DNA of 64,000 nucleotides from a virus (Duplodnaviria; Heunggongvirae; Uroviricota; Caudoviricetes): IMG/VR virus record IMGVR_UViG_2576861193_000002; one strand, 5' to 3'. Shown piece by piece: positions 29,299 to 38,951 of this stretch (position 1 is its first letter; each line of letters starts with the position of its first letter). The notes under the pieces were generated by a model. It saw only the letters and a program-made list of their open reading frames with translations, ran no database searches and was not told where the DNA came from. The position numbers and the translations under genes were made by a program.

Positions 29299-30582
29299 TT
29301 AGAAATAAGTGTTAAAGTCCGGGACTTCGCCTTTTTTACCTTCGCTTGCTGCGTTGGCTGCCATCGGCGCGGCTTTGCCCAGGGATTTAAACATTGCTTC
29401 TAACGCTTCACCATTTAATGCGTTAGCAACAATTTCGCCGTGAACTTTTGCTACTGCGGCGCGTTTTTCTGCTTCTTCTTTATTTGCGTTTGCTGCGATC
29501 TCTTCTTTGATCGCTTTCTGGTTGGTCTGTAATTCTTCAACGCTTGCCTGTACTGGTTTTAATGCCTCTGCTACTGCATTAGCGATATTAGCGGCTAAAC
29601 CTTCGTTAATTTCTTTTACCAGTTCGGCGCGTTCTTCTTTGGTCAAAGGCATGGGTTCACCCTCCGATTTATTGGCCTTAATTTTTTCATTCAGGGAGAA
29701 AAGATTAGATAAGTGTTCAGCGAACTGAGCGAACCACGATTTGCTTTCCTCATTGGTTGCAAGCTCGCCATTATTGAGAACAATTTTATCAGCCTGTTTT
29801 TGGTAGTTGTATTTTTCCGCGTAATTTTTATTGGTGGCGATCGTCACTTCTTTATCAGTGAAGTCCACGACATAGACATAATCGGCATCAGGAAGCAATT
29901 CACGCGCAGCTTCAGCAAGTTGTCTTTCAAGCGTGCGATAGCTGTTTTCTTTCATTGCCACCGCCATTAACGGTTTTGCCTGGTCAGTGTTAACCATCAG
30001 GCCAACGCCCTGCTCTGGTGATGCGGCTGGCGGCTCATGCAGCAAAATAGCGTCATGATCAATCGACATGATTTTGACAACGCTGTCAGCACCCTGGGCT
30101 TTCATCTCTTCAGTAGCTGGCATACGTTGACGGTATACGGCTACGGATGACCAGATCGGATCTTTGCTTTCGCCTTTTTCCAGCGCTTCCAGTCGGCTTA
30201 ATAATTCGCGTCCTTGTTCTGAATGGCTGGCAGTTTCAACATCCACCCATTTTTCCACATAAACACGGTTCCCACGCAATTCAACATTCCTGTTCCATGC
30301 ACCACAAAAACCAATATTTAGTCCTTCAGGGCTAAATGCGGAAACAAATTCACCGTCAACCGTAGGATGGCCCAACGGTGCGAGTGTTCCTTCCAGCGAC
30401 TGATAATTAGCGATAATTTCAGCTTCCGGGTAATATTCCCGATTCATAACGATATTGAAGGGCAACGTATAGGACGGGACTACAATGTGTTCACGCCCGT
30501 TATATGTTTCCCGACGGATGGTATTAGCGGTTAATTTGGTATTAACCTGAATCAATTCTTTATTCACGGTTTTTACTCCCAA
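29299..30582 (-). CDS. prohead protease / scaffolding protein (C/Nu3-like)
   Basis: 427 aa; C-terminal Ala/Glu/Lys-rich coiled coil; synteny. Confidence 0.55.
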   Translation of the reverse strand: MGVKTVNKELIQVNTKLTANTIRRETYNGREHIVVPSYTLPFNIVMNREYYPEAEIIANYQSLEGTLAPLGHPTVDGEFVSAFSPEGLNIGFCGAWNRNVELRGNRVYVEKWVDVETASHSEQGRELLSRLEALEKGESKDPIWSSVAVYRQRMPATEEMKAQGADSVVKIMSIDHDAILLHEPPAASPEQGVGLMVNTDQAKPLMAVAMKENSYRTLERQLAEAARELLPDADYVYVVDFTDKEVTIATNKNYAEKYNYQKQADKIVLNNGELATNEESKSWFAQFAEHLSNLFSLNEKIKANKSEGEPMPLTKEERAELVKEINEGLAANIANAVAEALKPVQASVEELQTNQKAIKEEIAANANKEEAEKRAAVAKVHGEIVANALNGEALEAMFKSLGKAAPMAANAASEGKKGEVPDFNTYF

Positions 30583-31517
30583 TCTTCGCCATATTTAGCG
30601 TGCGCAACCTTATAATTTTCTTGCGCTCGCTCTAATATTCGTTTGTTTAATATGTTACCAGACTCATCAACCATCACGGTAATAGTGCTACATTTGCAGT
30701 TAATTGAATTTGGCGATCTGCTCCACCATTCGCGCTGCTCTTCTATGGTGTACGTTTTCCCGTGCCGCTGTGCGTGTGACAGCCTGGTAGTCGGTGACAA
30801 TGCTGAAATGTGCATTTGCATAGTGCGCAAATTAAGCTCTTCCGTCGCCGCTTCTGCCTCATCCATACGCGCTGTGCGTAACGCTGTGCATATTTCAGTG
30901 CGGGCAATACGTTTGCACCTGTATAGCGGTAATTGCGTTTCCTGCTGCAATGTGCGCGCTATTTCAAGTGGATTTAAACCACGGGCCATGCCTTCAGTTA
31001 ATCGGCGGGCCATATCCTTCTTGATCTGTGCGGTCAGCCCGCGCATCTCTTCAAATACACGGGTACGGACCAGGGCAAGGCGCGTGCGATAGGTCTGGCT
31101 GGTTAATACCGCCGACACTTCAGGGTAAGCCCTGGAATATGTGACTGACTGATTAGCGAGGTTGGCGTATTCCTGAGAAGTGCCGCGTTGATATGCCACC
31201 TTTACATATTCTTGCCAGAACCAGAAGTTTTCCGGGTCTGTTAACTCGAATATTTCATCAATCATGTCGCTGGCGTCTTCCAGCAAGTCATGTAATTCGT
31301 CAATGTAGATCTGAAAGGTGTATTTTTTATTAACAGCCAGGCTATATTGCATTCTGTCCAGTATGGCAATATACGGATCCGCAACTTTCTTCAGGCAGGC
31401 TTTAAAACGCTTGATAGCGCCAGACCGTAACTTCCCTGTCATGGTCGGGTCTTCGGTGTTAGATGGCATTATCGCGGCGGGAGGTATTCGCCTGATTATT
31501 TTCTTCACCTTCATCAT
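30573..31517 (-). CDS. Mu F-like minor head morphogenesis protein
   Basis: 314 aa; follows portal; family resemblance. Confidence 0.7.
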   Translation of the reverse strand: MMKVKKIIRRIPPAAIMPSNTEDPTMTGKLRSGAIKRFKACLKKVADPYIAILDRMQYSLAVNKKYTFQIYIDELHDLLEDASDMIDEIFELTDPENFWFWQEYVKVAYQRGTSQEYANLANQSVTYSRAYPEVSAVLTSQTYRTRLALVRTRVFEEMRGLTAQIKKDMARRLTEGMARGLNPLEIARTLQQETQLPLYRCKRIARTEICTALRTARMDEAEAATEELNLRTMQMHISALSPTTRLSHAQRHGKTYTIEEQREWWSRSPNSINCKCSTITVMVDESGNILNKRILERAQENYKVAHAKYGEDWE

Positions 31518-32832
31518 CGTTTTCCTCGTCTTCCAGTTCTACTTCACTAGCTGGGCCATCGTATCCGGCAGCTTCGCGGATCTCGTCACCGCTAAATATT
31601 TCCTCACCAGTAGCAAGACAAGCCTGATTGATTTGCGCCATTTTGTGTGCCGCTTCCAGTAGCTCGGCTTTTGTCATGGCGTTAAGGTCATCCCATAAAA
31701 CTGATACATCGACTGGCATACTGATAAGGCGGAGATCTGCCATCTTGCGGAATAGTTCCTCAAGCTCGCCTCCAATTTCCTCACGGCGGGTCATACAGCG
31801 ATTATTGAAGTAGCGTAGGTCTTCAGTTGATGCGCGTTCGCCCTGCTGATTCCCTACCAGGATACGCGTCGGAATGTCGATACCAGCGGCGGCAGTTTGC
31901 AGGTTGACGTCATAGGTTGCAGATGGATCGGCTACGGCAGTTACCAGCGGGCTAACACTTGCCCCTTGTAATGCCATCATCACATCATTACCCCTATTCA
32001 TTTCTGCTGCTGCCTCGTTGAATTTCTCGCGTAGCTCTGTAACGTCGCAATCGTATGTTGCAGCCAGGGAACGGAAATCAATCTCTTTATCGAACGAGAT
32101 AGCCAGTTGACGAGCGGCATTTTTCAGGAATGACTCACCGCTACCGCCTTCCACTTTCTCCAGCGAAACGAAAGCGTTATAGGACGGCTCAAGGAAAGCG
32201 ATAGCATCATCAGAATAATCACCGAAAATAAAGATACGGTCTGGATGAATCTTTCTTGCTATGGTCTTACTGTTGATGCGCTCCTTGTATTCCCACCATG
32301 TCGGCAGGCCATAGTTTTCTTTATCCGGGTTTTCTTCGAAGTCCTTCGGCGTAAGAGCACCAGCCCACACAGGGGTGAATTTGGCAATGCCTACGCCTTT
32401 TGTTACTGGCTGATCCCACGGCTGATTATCTCTGACATGAATTAACAGGCCCGCATAACGACCGATGAGGCGGCGGCGATCGCATTCAGCTATGACGCGC
32501 CAGAAACGATTATCAAATTGCTTTTTAATTTCTCTTTCCCACGGCGTTTCCGTTTCTGCTTTCTCGTCTTCCGTACCTTCAATCAGCGTTGGCCTGGTGC
32601 GCCAGCACGTAGTGATGATCTTCTCAATGGCACCGTGAGCGATACCACCGCGACGATACAGCTTGTAAAGATCTTCATAGGTGATTTCTTCTTTGAATCC
32701 GTATTCACTCCACGCAGCGTCACGTTTTGCGTCAATACCCATTGAGAATGGGTTAGCGGCTGCATAGCGGGCAAAGGCCGCCTGGCGTTGTGACAAGGCA
32801 GCATTAACCGCCAATTCTAAATTGGATGGCAT
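31459..32832 (-). CDS. portal protein
   Basis: Internal start MPSNLEL... with AGGAG RBS; acidic C-terminus; follows large terminase. Confidence 0.75.
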   Translation of the reverse strand: MPSNLELAVNAALSQRQAAFARYAAANPFSMGIDAKRDAAWSEYGFKEEITYEDLYKLYRRGGIAHGAIEKIITTCWRTRPTLIEGTEDEKAETETPWEREIKKQFDNRFWRVIAECDRRRLIGRYAGLLIHVRDNQPWDQPVTKGVGIAKFTPVWAGALTPKDFEENPDKENYGLPTWWEYKERINSKTIARKIHPDRIFIFGDYSDDAIAFLEPSYNAFVSLEKVEGGSGESFLKNAARQLAISFDKEIDFRSLAATYDCDVTELREKFNEAAAEMNRGNDVMMALQGASVSPLVTAVADPSATYDVNLQTAAAGIDIPTRILVGNQQGERASTEDLRYFNNRCMTRREEIGGELEELFRKMADLRLISMPVDVSVLWDDLNAMTKAELLEAAHKMAQINQACLATGEEIFSGDEIREAAGYDGPASEVELEDEENDDEGEENNQANTSRRDNAI

Positions 32833-32855
32833 AATGTTTACTCCTGAATACATGT

Positions 32856-32893
32856 TTACGCGTTGCTACGCGAAAAATAGAAAAATTCGTGAT
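32856..32893. repeat. conserved ~40-bp element (copy 2) upstream of portal
   Basis: TTTACGCGttgCTACGCGAAAAATAGAAAAATTC; about 34/40 identical to 20142-20181. Confidence 0.5.
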
Positions 32894-32910
32894 GGGTTGT
32901 GAGGCAGATT

Positions 32911-34395
32911 TTAAAATCCGCGCAGGCGCTTAGGTAACATAAGGCCTATAGCTTGAGGCTGACTCAATTCAGTGATGCCCCACACCATAGCGTCGAGTCG
33001 GTCCGGGGATTTTTTGGCGGTAGCTGGCACGTATTCCATCATTTGATTTTCCAGCGTGTACAGTTCGCCAGTGTGAGCGACCTTGCCTTGCGCATACAAT
33101 GCGGATATTGGTTCCGCGCGGGCAAACTTACCCTTACTGGCGTGAACCTTAACGATACGACCATCAAAGCGAGCATTGCGTAAGGTTGCCTCCGCCATGT
33201 CGCCGCCCTGGTTGGTTTCGATAACTATCGCATCAGCTTCGTGGATCTTGTAAGCGCGTATTGCAGTTTGCGCCCAATCGTTAGGCGACATGCGGCCTGA
33301 ATAGTCACCATCAACAGAATACTGAGCATTCTTGCCGCCACCATAGGCGGAACATGCCACGATCCCGGTTTCGTCAGACTCATCAGATGACGTTGTCGCC
33401 GGGTCGATGGCTATCACAGTGCGGATCTTGTCCTGCGTTATCTGCATCCGGTGCGCTGCGGTTATCATGGCTTCAGTCCACAATGCACCATCTTCGTCGA
33501 ATTTACGCGGGCGCTGCATGTACTGGGCTTCAAATGACCGCCTGTGTGCTTTCAGTCCAGCTTCATGGGCGTCATTGTGCTTTTTAGGCCATAGCCAGCC
33601 ATCTGGCAGGTTGTGAGCGATAGGGATGGCGAACTCGTTTTCAGGGTACAGATCCCAGTAGTCCAGGCTATTGTCTATCTTCACTGGCAGGTTAAGGTGA
33701 TACCATTTCTCACCACTCCCACCGCGTAGCAGGTAGCCGGACAAATCATCATAGTGGATGCGCTGCATGATGACGATGACAGGCGTTGTTTGCACTGCCA
33801 GACGTGAAGCAAGTGTGTCGTTATAATTGGTGTTTACCTGCTTTCTCACCACGTCAGAGTAAGCGTCAGCGGGTTTCAATGGGTCGTCTATGATTAACGC
33901 GCCGTTAAATCCTGATTCCATGTACCCAGCACGGAACCCAGTTACCTGGCCAAGCGATGACGTTGCATACACGCCGCCACCGTATTCAGTCCACCACATC
34001 GATTTACTGTTGGCATCGTTGCGGATCTTCATGGGCCACATTGCCTGATATTCAGGCGTACAGATCATGTTTCTTACAGTCGAGGAGTTGAGTAGCGCCA
34101 GGTTGTTGGAATAGGAAACGTGAAGGAATCTTGTGCGGGGATTTATTGCGAGGGACCGCGCCATCATGTTGATAGTCGCGATCATGGTTTTACCGTACCC
34201 TGGGGGAATATTAATGATGAGGCGGGTGATCTCACCATTAATAACGCGTTGCAGTGCATCACGGATGGCTAAATGATGGCCTGAGATTAACATCTTCGTT
34301 CCGTTCGCTTGTTTATAGAAATAGCGATTGAAAAACAGGCCATCGTTTTCACATTTGGACTGAATAACTCGTTCTTTGATTGTCAGCATAATCAC
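32911..34395 (-). CDS. terminase large subunit
   Basis: 494 aa; Walker A-like PPGYGKT, Walker B IIDDP, C-terminal acidic nuclease residues. Confidence 0.85.
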   Translation of the reverse strand: MIMLTIKERVIQSKCENDGLFFNRYFYKQANGTKMLISGHHLAIRDALQRVINGEITRLIINIPPGYGKTMIATINMMARSLAINPRTRFLHVSYSNNLALLNSSTVRNMICTPEYQAMWPMKIRNDANSKSMWWTEYGGGVYATSSLGQVTGFRAGYMESGFNGALIIDDPLKPADAYSDVVRKQVNTNYNDTLASRLAVQTTPVIVIMQRIHYDDLSGYLLRGGSGEKWYHLNLPVKIDNSLDYWDLYPENEFAIPIAHNLPDGWLWPKKHNDAHEAGLKAHRRSFEAQYMQRPRKFDEDGALWTEAMITAAHRMQITQDKIRTVIAIDPATTSSDESDETGIVACSAYGGGKNAQYSVDGDYSGRMSPNDWAQTAIRAYKIHEADAIVIETNQGGDMAEATLRNARFDGRIVKVHASKGKFARAEPISALYAQGKVAHTGELYTLENQMMEYVPATAKKSPDRLDAMVWGITELSQPQAIGLMLPKRLRGF

Positions 34396-34877
34396 ACCTC
34401 ATCTTCTACTTCCTGAACGATGCGGGCGATCTCTTCTTTCGTGACTTCAACCCGGACGGGTGCTTCTTCCCTGTTGCCGACGATCTCCTGTGTGACGCGT
34501 TCACCATATTTACGCGGTTGCAGTTTTGCCAGTAGCCATTTACGCGTTTCAATCATCAGTTGATGGCGGCGGCACTCATCTTTGTCGATGTTCTCCGCTG
34601 CGTCGGCTATGTCGATAATCTCATCAGCTAATACCTCAAAACCGATCTCTTTCGCGCGTATGTACATGTCCGAGAACTCTGGCACGTCTCTGAACCATTT
34701 AAGAATTGTTGAACGCGCAGGCATATCAGGCATCTTAGAAATTTTGTTAATGCTCTGACCGTCCGCAACCAGCTCACAGATCTCTAATGCCTTTTCTTCG
34801 GTATAACCATGCGGACGGCCCACCTTTTTAGCTGCTGGCTTTTTATCGTCAGCCTTTGCCTTTTTAGTGCGGGCCAT
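34392..34877 (-). CDS. terminase small subunit
   Basis: 161 aa; basic N-terminus with HTH; overlaps large subunit start. Confidence 0.65.
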   Translation of the reverse strand: MARTKKAKADDKKPAAKKVGRPHGYTEEKALEICELVADGQSINKISKMPDMPARSTILKWFRDVPEFSDMYIRAKEIGFEVLADEIIDIADAAENIDKDECRRHQLMIETRKWLLAKLQPRKYGERVTQEIVGNREEAPVRVEVTKEEIARIVQEVEDEV

Positions 34878-35040
34878 AATTCACCTCTTAAAATTTATTC
34901 ACTATATATAAACACTCGATTAATGTTGCGAAGTATATTGATACACCCAACCAACTTGATGGATATTTCATTGTCTGCCATTCTCTTTCTTTGGCTTACT
35001 AAGTTTAGGAAGCGCATAAAATGCGCGTCCAAGCCATAAC

Positions 35041-35109
35041 CTATTGAGTCAGCGCGGCCATGGTAAGAACAATCGCAACGATCAGGAAAAAGAAATCAAG
35101 CCATTTCAT
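35041..35109 (-). CDS. micro-ORF 1 of tandem array, single-TM peptide (22 aa)
   Basis: AGGTGA RBS; MKWLDFFFLIVAIVLTMAALTQ. Confidence 0.35.
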   Translation of the reverse strand: MKWLDFFFLIVAIVLTMAALTQ

Positions 35110-35125
35110 TTTAATCACCTGCGAT

Positions 35126-35197
35126 TCAACTAAGATTTAAAATCACCGCAATAACAACGATCACTACAATCATGCAAAAGAAGTCTGCTTCTTTCAT
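35126..35197 (-). CDS. micro-ORF 2, single-TM peptide (23 aa)
   Basis: GAGGG RBS; MKEADFFCMIVVIVVIAVILNLS. Confidence 0.35.
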   Translation of the reverse strand: MKEADFFCMIVVIVVIAVILNLS

Positions 35198-35274
35198 CTT
35201 TTTAACCCTCGATAGAAATCAACGGCAATGACTGCAATAACAGCCACCAGCAAAAGCATTTCGTATGCGTTCAT
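35194..35274 (-). CDS. micro-ORF 3, single-TM peptide (26 aa)
   Basis: MNAYEMLLLVAVIAVIAVDFYRGLKR; stop overlaps ATG of micro-ORF 2. Confidence 0.35.
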   Translation of the reverse strand: MNAYEMLLLVAVIAVIAVDFYRGLKR

Positions 35275-35284
35275 GTGAATACCT

Positions 35285-35359
35285 TCAGCTTTCGATGAAT
35301 ATCATTATCGCCAGCCATACAGCGACGCATAAAGAAAGGATAACGAGCGGGTCAATCAT
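35285..35359 (-). CDS. micro-ORF 4, single-TM peptide (24 aa)
   Basis: GAGG RBS; MIDPLVILSLCVAVWLAIMIFIES. Confidence 0.35.
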   Translation of the reverse strand: MIDPLVILSLCVAVWLAIMIFIES

Positions 35360-35361
35360 AA

Positions 35362-35904
35362 TCAGCCTCGTTTAAAGCTCATAACACGCGGTACAAGCGC
35401 CTCTTTTGCTTTCTGCTTACGTTTGCCTTTCTTCGCTGGTTTTTCTTCTTCCTTCGGCTGCTCTGCCTGCTCTAATGCCTGATCGACGACTTCAGCCGCC
35501 TGCATTGCCGCCACCCGTGCTTCATTTGATTCTGCCAGGATGGGGAAGAAAGCATCAAAGATACGGCCTACCATGTAAGCGTATGTCTCATTTGCAGGGT
35601 GGCTCGGATCTGTAGTGGCAACGACGCCTACATCACTTAATACGTGAAACGTCGTGTGGGCCGCCTCATGTACCAGCGTTCCTAACTCATTGTCGAATAC
35701 TGCGATCACGTAGAAGTTACCGCCTTTCTCGCCAGTGCAAGTAAGCGTCAATCCTCCTGCCAGTTCGAAATCAGGTTCGATTGGTACTCCTGCCTTTTCG
35801 CAAAATTCATAAAACATCTCGCGGGTCGGGCAAAAGAAAACTGTTGTATGCTCAAAGAGCGGGACTTTGAATTGAGGCAACTTAATGCCTTTAGCCTTAG
35901 CCAT
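35362..35904 (-). CDS. hypothetical protein with HExxH motif (putative small metallopeptidase-like)
   Basis: 180 aa; LVHEAAHTTFH; Lys-rich C-terminal tail. Confidence 0.5.
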   Translation of the reverse strand: MAKAKGIKLPQFKVPLFEHTTVFFCPTREMFYEFCEKAGVPIEPDFELAGGLTLTCTGEKGGNFYVIAVFDNELGTLVHEAAHTTFHVLSDVGVVATTDPSHPANETYAYMVGRIFDAFFPILAESNEARVAAMQAAEVVDQALEQAEQPKEEEKPAKKGKRKQKAKEALVPRVMSFKRG

Positions 35905-36183
35905 CAGAATATTCCTCTATCCTGAAAAATATAACCCCCGCAAAACTCGACACCGCAGGGAGTGAAAACAGCTATAAAACACTGAAAACGGCGCTGTGTG
36001 AGTACCGTTTACAGAATTTTATAAAACTGTAGAATGGCGCTTTCTTCTACCCAGGTAGCGCCTGACCTGTTAATGGGACTGTTGATCCGGTATTACGTGT
36101 TTTTGACTTTTCCGCCGTCGCTCGCGGGAAGGATTGGCCCGGTTATGGCTGGCTGGCAGAAACGGCGACACGTCCACGCGCTG

Positions 36184-36654
36184 TTATTCTTTGCGTAAGC
36201 ACTGCGTTTTGATGTAGTCCTGTAGCCCTACGATCTGAGCGTCTTTCGTTTTTAGTTGTTCTCTGAGGGATAGATAAGCCGATTCAGCGTCGGGAGTGAG
36301 TCTACAGGCGGCTCTATCAATGCTGCTGGCGGTTCCGGAGGAGTCTGACACTCGCACGGGTATTGCGTTGACGCGCAGCCTGATAGTGCCGTTATCAATG
36401 CCAGTGCGCAGATCGGCAATGTCAGATCTGATAGCTTTAATCTCATCGTGATACCTCTTATCAAGTTTTGACAGTTCGGCGTTTCGCTCCTTCATCTGCT
36501 GAATAGTGTTACTTGCTGTTTTCAGTGCGCCTTGCGTGGTCGTTAATTCTTCCTGTAACCTTGTCGCCTCACTCTGGTAATGGCATGTCACGGCTGTAAG
36601 ACTGGCAATGATGCAAACAACAGCGGCGATAATTAACGCCTTCACCTTGTCCAT
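36184..36654 (-). CDS. i-spanin Rz
   Basis: N-terminal TM, coiled-coil periplasmic domain; Rz1 embedded in +1 frame. Confidence 0.75.
   Translation of the reverse strand: MDKVKALIIAAVVCIIASLTAVTCHYQSEATRLQEELTTTQGALKTASNTIQQMKERNAELSKLDKRYHDEIKAIRSDIADLRTGIDNGTIRLRVNAIPVRVSDSSGTASSIDRAACRLTPDAESAYLSLREQLKTKDAQIVGLQDYIKTQCLRKE
36252..36446 (-). CDS. o-spanin Rz1 (embedded lipoprotein)
   Basis: MRLKLSDLTLPICALALITALSGC lipobox then Pro-rich segment; inside Rz in other frame. Confidence 0.7.
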   Translation of the reverse strand: MRLKLSDLTLPICALALITALSGCASTQYPCECQTPPEPPAALIEPPVDSLPTLNRLIYPSENN

Positions 36655-37163
36655 GTTCCCCCCTCGCAACCCATCGAAGGTGCATATTCACCATAGAAAA
36701 AGTTTTCCGCCAAAATGCGAGCCGCGATCGCTTCGTCCAGTGAATAAAACAAGCCAATACATATGCGTTTACCGTCATTGTCGGTAATCCTTACCCGCCA
36801 TTTAGGCTTGCTCCGCTCTGTTTTGTGGTAGGTAACACCCCTAAATCCAGATGATGTATGAGGGGTAAGGTGTTTTTTATTCATGCTGTTATGCGTATCG
36901 TCTACTTCTCGCAAGTTTATAATCCTGTTATCGTGTTTTATCCCATTGATATGATCGATATCCTTTTCAGGCCATACTCCATAATGGAAAAACCACGCAA
37001 GGCGATGCGCTTTATATCTTCCTATGTATATATATCCGCTTTTATGCTTAAACCCTGCCACACTACCAGCCTTAATCCTCCCGTGAGGACTAATCTTATA
37101 GGTAAAAACACCTGTTTCTGGATCATAGTGCAGCTTTCGTTTTAGCTCATCATCACTTTTCAT
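36642..37163 (-). CDS. HNH homing endonuclease with AP2 domain
   Basis: 173 aa; DIDHINGIKHDNRIINL; inserted between endolysin and Rz. Confidence 0.8.
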   Translation of the reverse strand: MKSDDELKRKLHYDPETGVFTYKISPHGRIKAGSVAGFKHKSGYIYIGRYKAHRLAWFFHYGVWPEKDIDHINGIKHDNRIINLREVDDTHNSMNKKHLTPHTSSGFRGVTYHKTERSKPKWRVRITDNDGKRICIGLFYSLDEAIAARILAENFFYGEYAPSMGCEGGTWTR

Positions 37164-37644
37164 TAGTTACGCCCCATTCACAAACAGCGCGTTCAATATC
37201 GCGTCGATTTTTTAATCCCTGTATATATCGCCCATTATCATATACCCAGCGATCCAACTCCTTACACGCCCCCATAAAGTCGCCTTTATTTATTTTTTTT
37301 AACAAGGTTGATTTTTTGAAAGCGTCAACCCCGATATTGTATGAAAAGCTAATTAGCGCGGCGCGTTGGTAGTCATTCATGTCAACTTTTACATAACGAT
37401 CGACCGCCTTTTTGTAAACGGCTAAGTGTTTTTGTAAAAGTCTCTCGCATTCATCAGGTGTGTATCTCTTACCAGGGACAACATCAGGGCCGGTTATGCC
37501 ATTGCATACAGTTAGCACGCCTCCGGTATCGTAATAAGGCTCGTAAGCCGTACCCTCAACCCATACAAGCAAAACAGATGCAATGGCTAACGTTCCACCA
37601 GCCGCCGCCTTAGTTAGTCGGTTTTTCAGCGATTGGCTAATCAT
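37153..37644 (-). CDS. SAR endolysin (lysozyme-type)
   Basis: Internal start MISQSL...; N-terminal signal-anchor AAAGGTLAIASVLLVWVEG; start overlaps holin stop. Confidence 0.8.
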   Translation of the reverse strand: MISQSLKNRLTKAAAGGTLAIASVLLVWVEGTAYEPYYDTGGVLTVCNGITGPDVVPGKRYTPDECERLLQKHLAVYKKAVDRYVKVDMNDYQRAALISFSYNIGVDAFKKSTLLKKINKGDFMGACKELDRWVYDNGRYIQGLKNRRDIERAVCEWGVTNEK

Positions 37645-37645
37645 G

Positions 37646-37846
37646 TTACTTATTCCCCATTCGCGCGTCGTGTTCCTCTTGCGCTCGCTTGTTCTCCTGT
37701 GATTTGAAATAATAGTTAACGGCAAATGTGCCAATGGTTGATAAGATACCCACAAAGACGGCAACGTCATTGATGGTTATCGCGCCGAAAAAAGCAGTTA
37801 CGGCCCCAGTCACATACGCACACGCCGCCCGTATTCTGTCGAACAT
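37646..37846 (-). CDS. holin (pinholin-like, two TM)
   Basis: 66 aa; two hydrophobic segments, charged C-terminus; GGAGG RBS. Confidence 0.7.
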   Translation of the reverse strand: MFDRIRAACAYVTGAVTAFFGAITINDVAVFVGILSTIGTFAVNYYFKSQENKRAQEEHDARMGNK

Positions 37847-37860
37847 AGATTTACCTCCAA

Positions 37861-37888
37861 CAAAGCAAAAACCCGGCGCGGGGCCGGG
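37861..37888 (-). terminator. terminator immediately upstream of holin (candidate tR' of late operon)
   Basis: CCCGGCgcgggGCCGGG hairpin + TTTTTGCTTTG on minus strand. Confidence 0.5.
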
Positions 37889-38312
37889 TAGTTACAGTTT
37901 CGCATTGTTAGATAATATTTTAATCTGTTTGTTTACGCCCTACAAATACGGCTTTACGGCTTTCTATATATCAGGCCATTATCAAGCAATCTTTGCATAT
38001 GCCACCGATCCATGTCGCTTGATTCCCAATACGGAACATCATCAGGTCTTATCATCACCGCTTCACCTCTAACCAAATAAGCGATGTTGAATACCTTGTG
38101 TAAATAGATACCGTCTTCAATCTCGTTCATAGGTCGCTAACCTTCACCAGCCATCTTCCGCCACATAGGGATAGATTCATCAAAATATGTATTTTCCATT
38201 CCATCATTGTATGCCAGTTCATAAAAACGCCCACGATTTACATCTTCAATCACGCGGCTGTACGTGCCATCGGTACGACTAACACCGCGCCATAGCCTGA
38301 ACACAACCATAA

Positions 38313-38612
38313 TTAAAACTCCGCACCAGGTAAGCTACGCGCTTTATTTACCGCATCGTGCTTTAAACATAGGCAGGCGTGGTAGTTCATAATCCCCATA
38401 TTACCAACTGGTATTTCATTATTTTCTGCCTTTATTCTTAACAACTGGTTTTTAGTGAAGATCCTGTCACCATCAGTGATATATAACCAGTCGCCGCGCT
38501 TGCCAACTACAACATGAGTTCCGCCCCAACTGTCTTTAAATTCATAATTGTAGAAAACATCATCATTAGGAACTTCGACAAAACAGCACGCAATGAATTT
38601 ATCGCTTTTCAT
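38313..38612 (-). CDS. hypothetical protein (Q-lysis island)
   Basis: 99 aa ORF; no recognised motif. Confidence 0.45.
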   Translation of the reverse strand: MKSDKFIACCFVEVPNDDVFYNYEFKDSWGGTHVVVGKRGDWLYITDGDRIFTKNQLLRIKAENNEIPVGNMGIMNYHACLCLKHDAVNKARSLPGAEF

Positions 38613-38684
38613 GATCCCACCCCTTCTGGTTTAATGGGGCCATTTGGCCCCTGTTTCGCGCATCTTCCAGGAAAGTAACATTAA

Positions 38685-38951
38685 TCAGAAAACCCCTTTA
38701 TAATCGACCGTGTATTTTGCTACTAATTTCCATTCACAATAGTTTTCCATGTCGCGCGGGTGCCATCCCTTCATCCCTACCGCACTCCGCGCAGCATGAC
38801 GGCGATAATCACTGCTATAGTCAGCCATACACCACGGCTGAAGGACAAACATGTATTGCGCCTCGTTAACCAGGATCGCCATCTGCTTTCCCGTTGCCTT
38901 ATCTTTCGCCCGGAAATAACTTACCCTGATTTTCATTTTGAAATACCTCAA
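38685..38951 (-). CDS. hypothetical protein (Q-lysis island)
   Basis: 88 aa ORF; start ambiguous (alternative Met at 38882). Confidence 0.4.
   Translation of the reverse strand: MRYFKMKIRVSYFRAKDKATGKQMAILVNEAQYMFVLQPWCMADYSSDYRRHAARSAVGMKGWHPRDMENYCEWKLVAKYTVDYKGVF

Noticed and set aside
36105-36140. CCGCCGTCGCTCGCGGG resembling the lambda cos region
   Set aside because: Only partial similarity, and it lies between Rz and the HExxH gene rather than next to the small terminase; packaging mode undetermined.
37957-38310. Two minus-strand ORFs of ~56-58 aa just upstream of the holin terminator
   Set aside because: Below the size cutoff, overlapping each other, and in the region where the late promoter and leader RNA are expected; not reported as genes.
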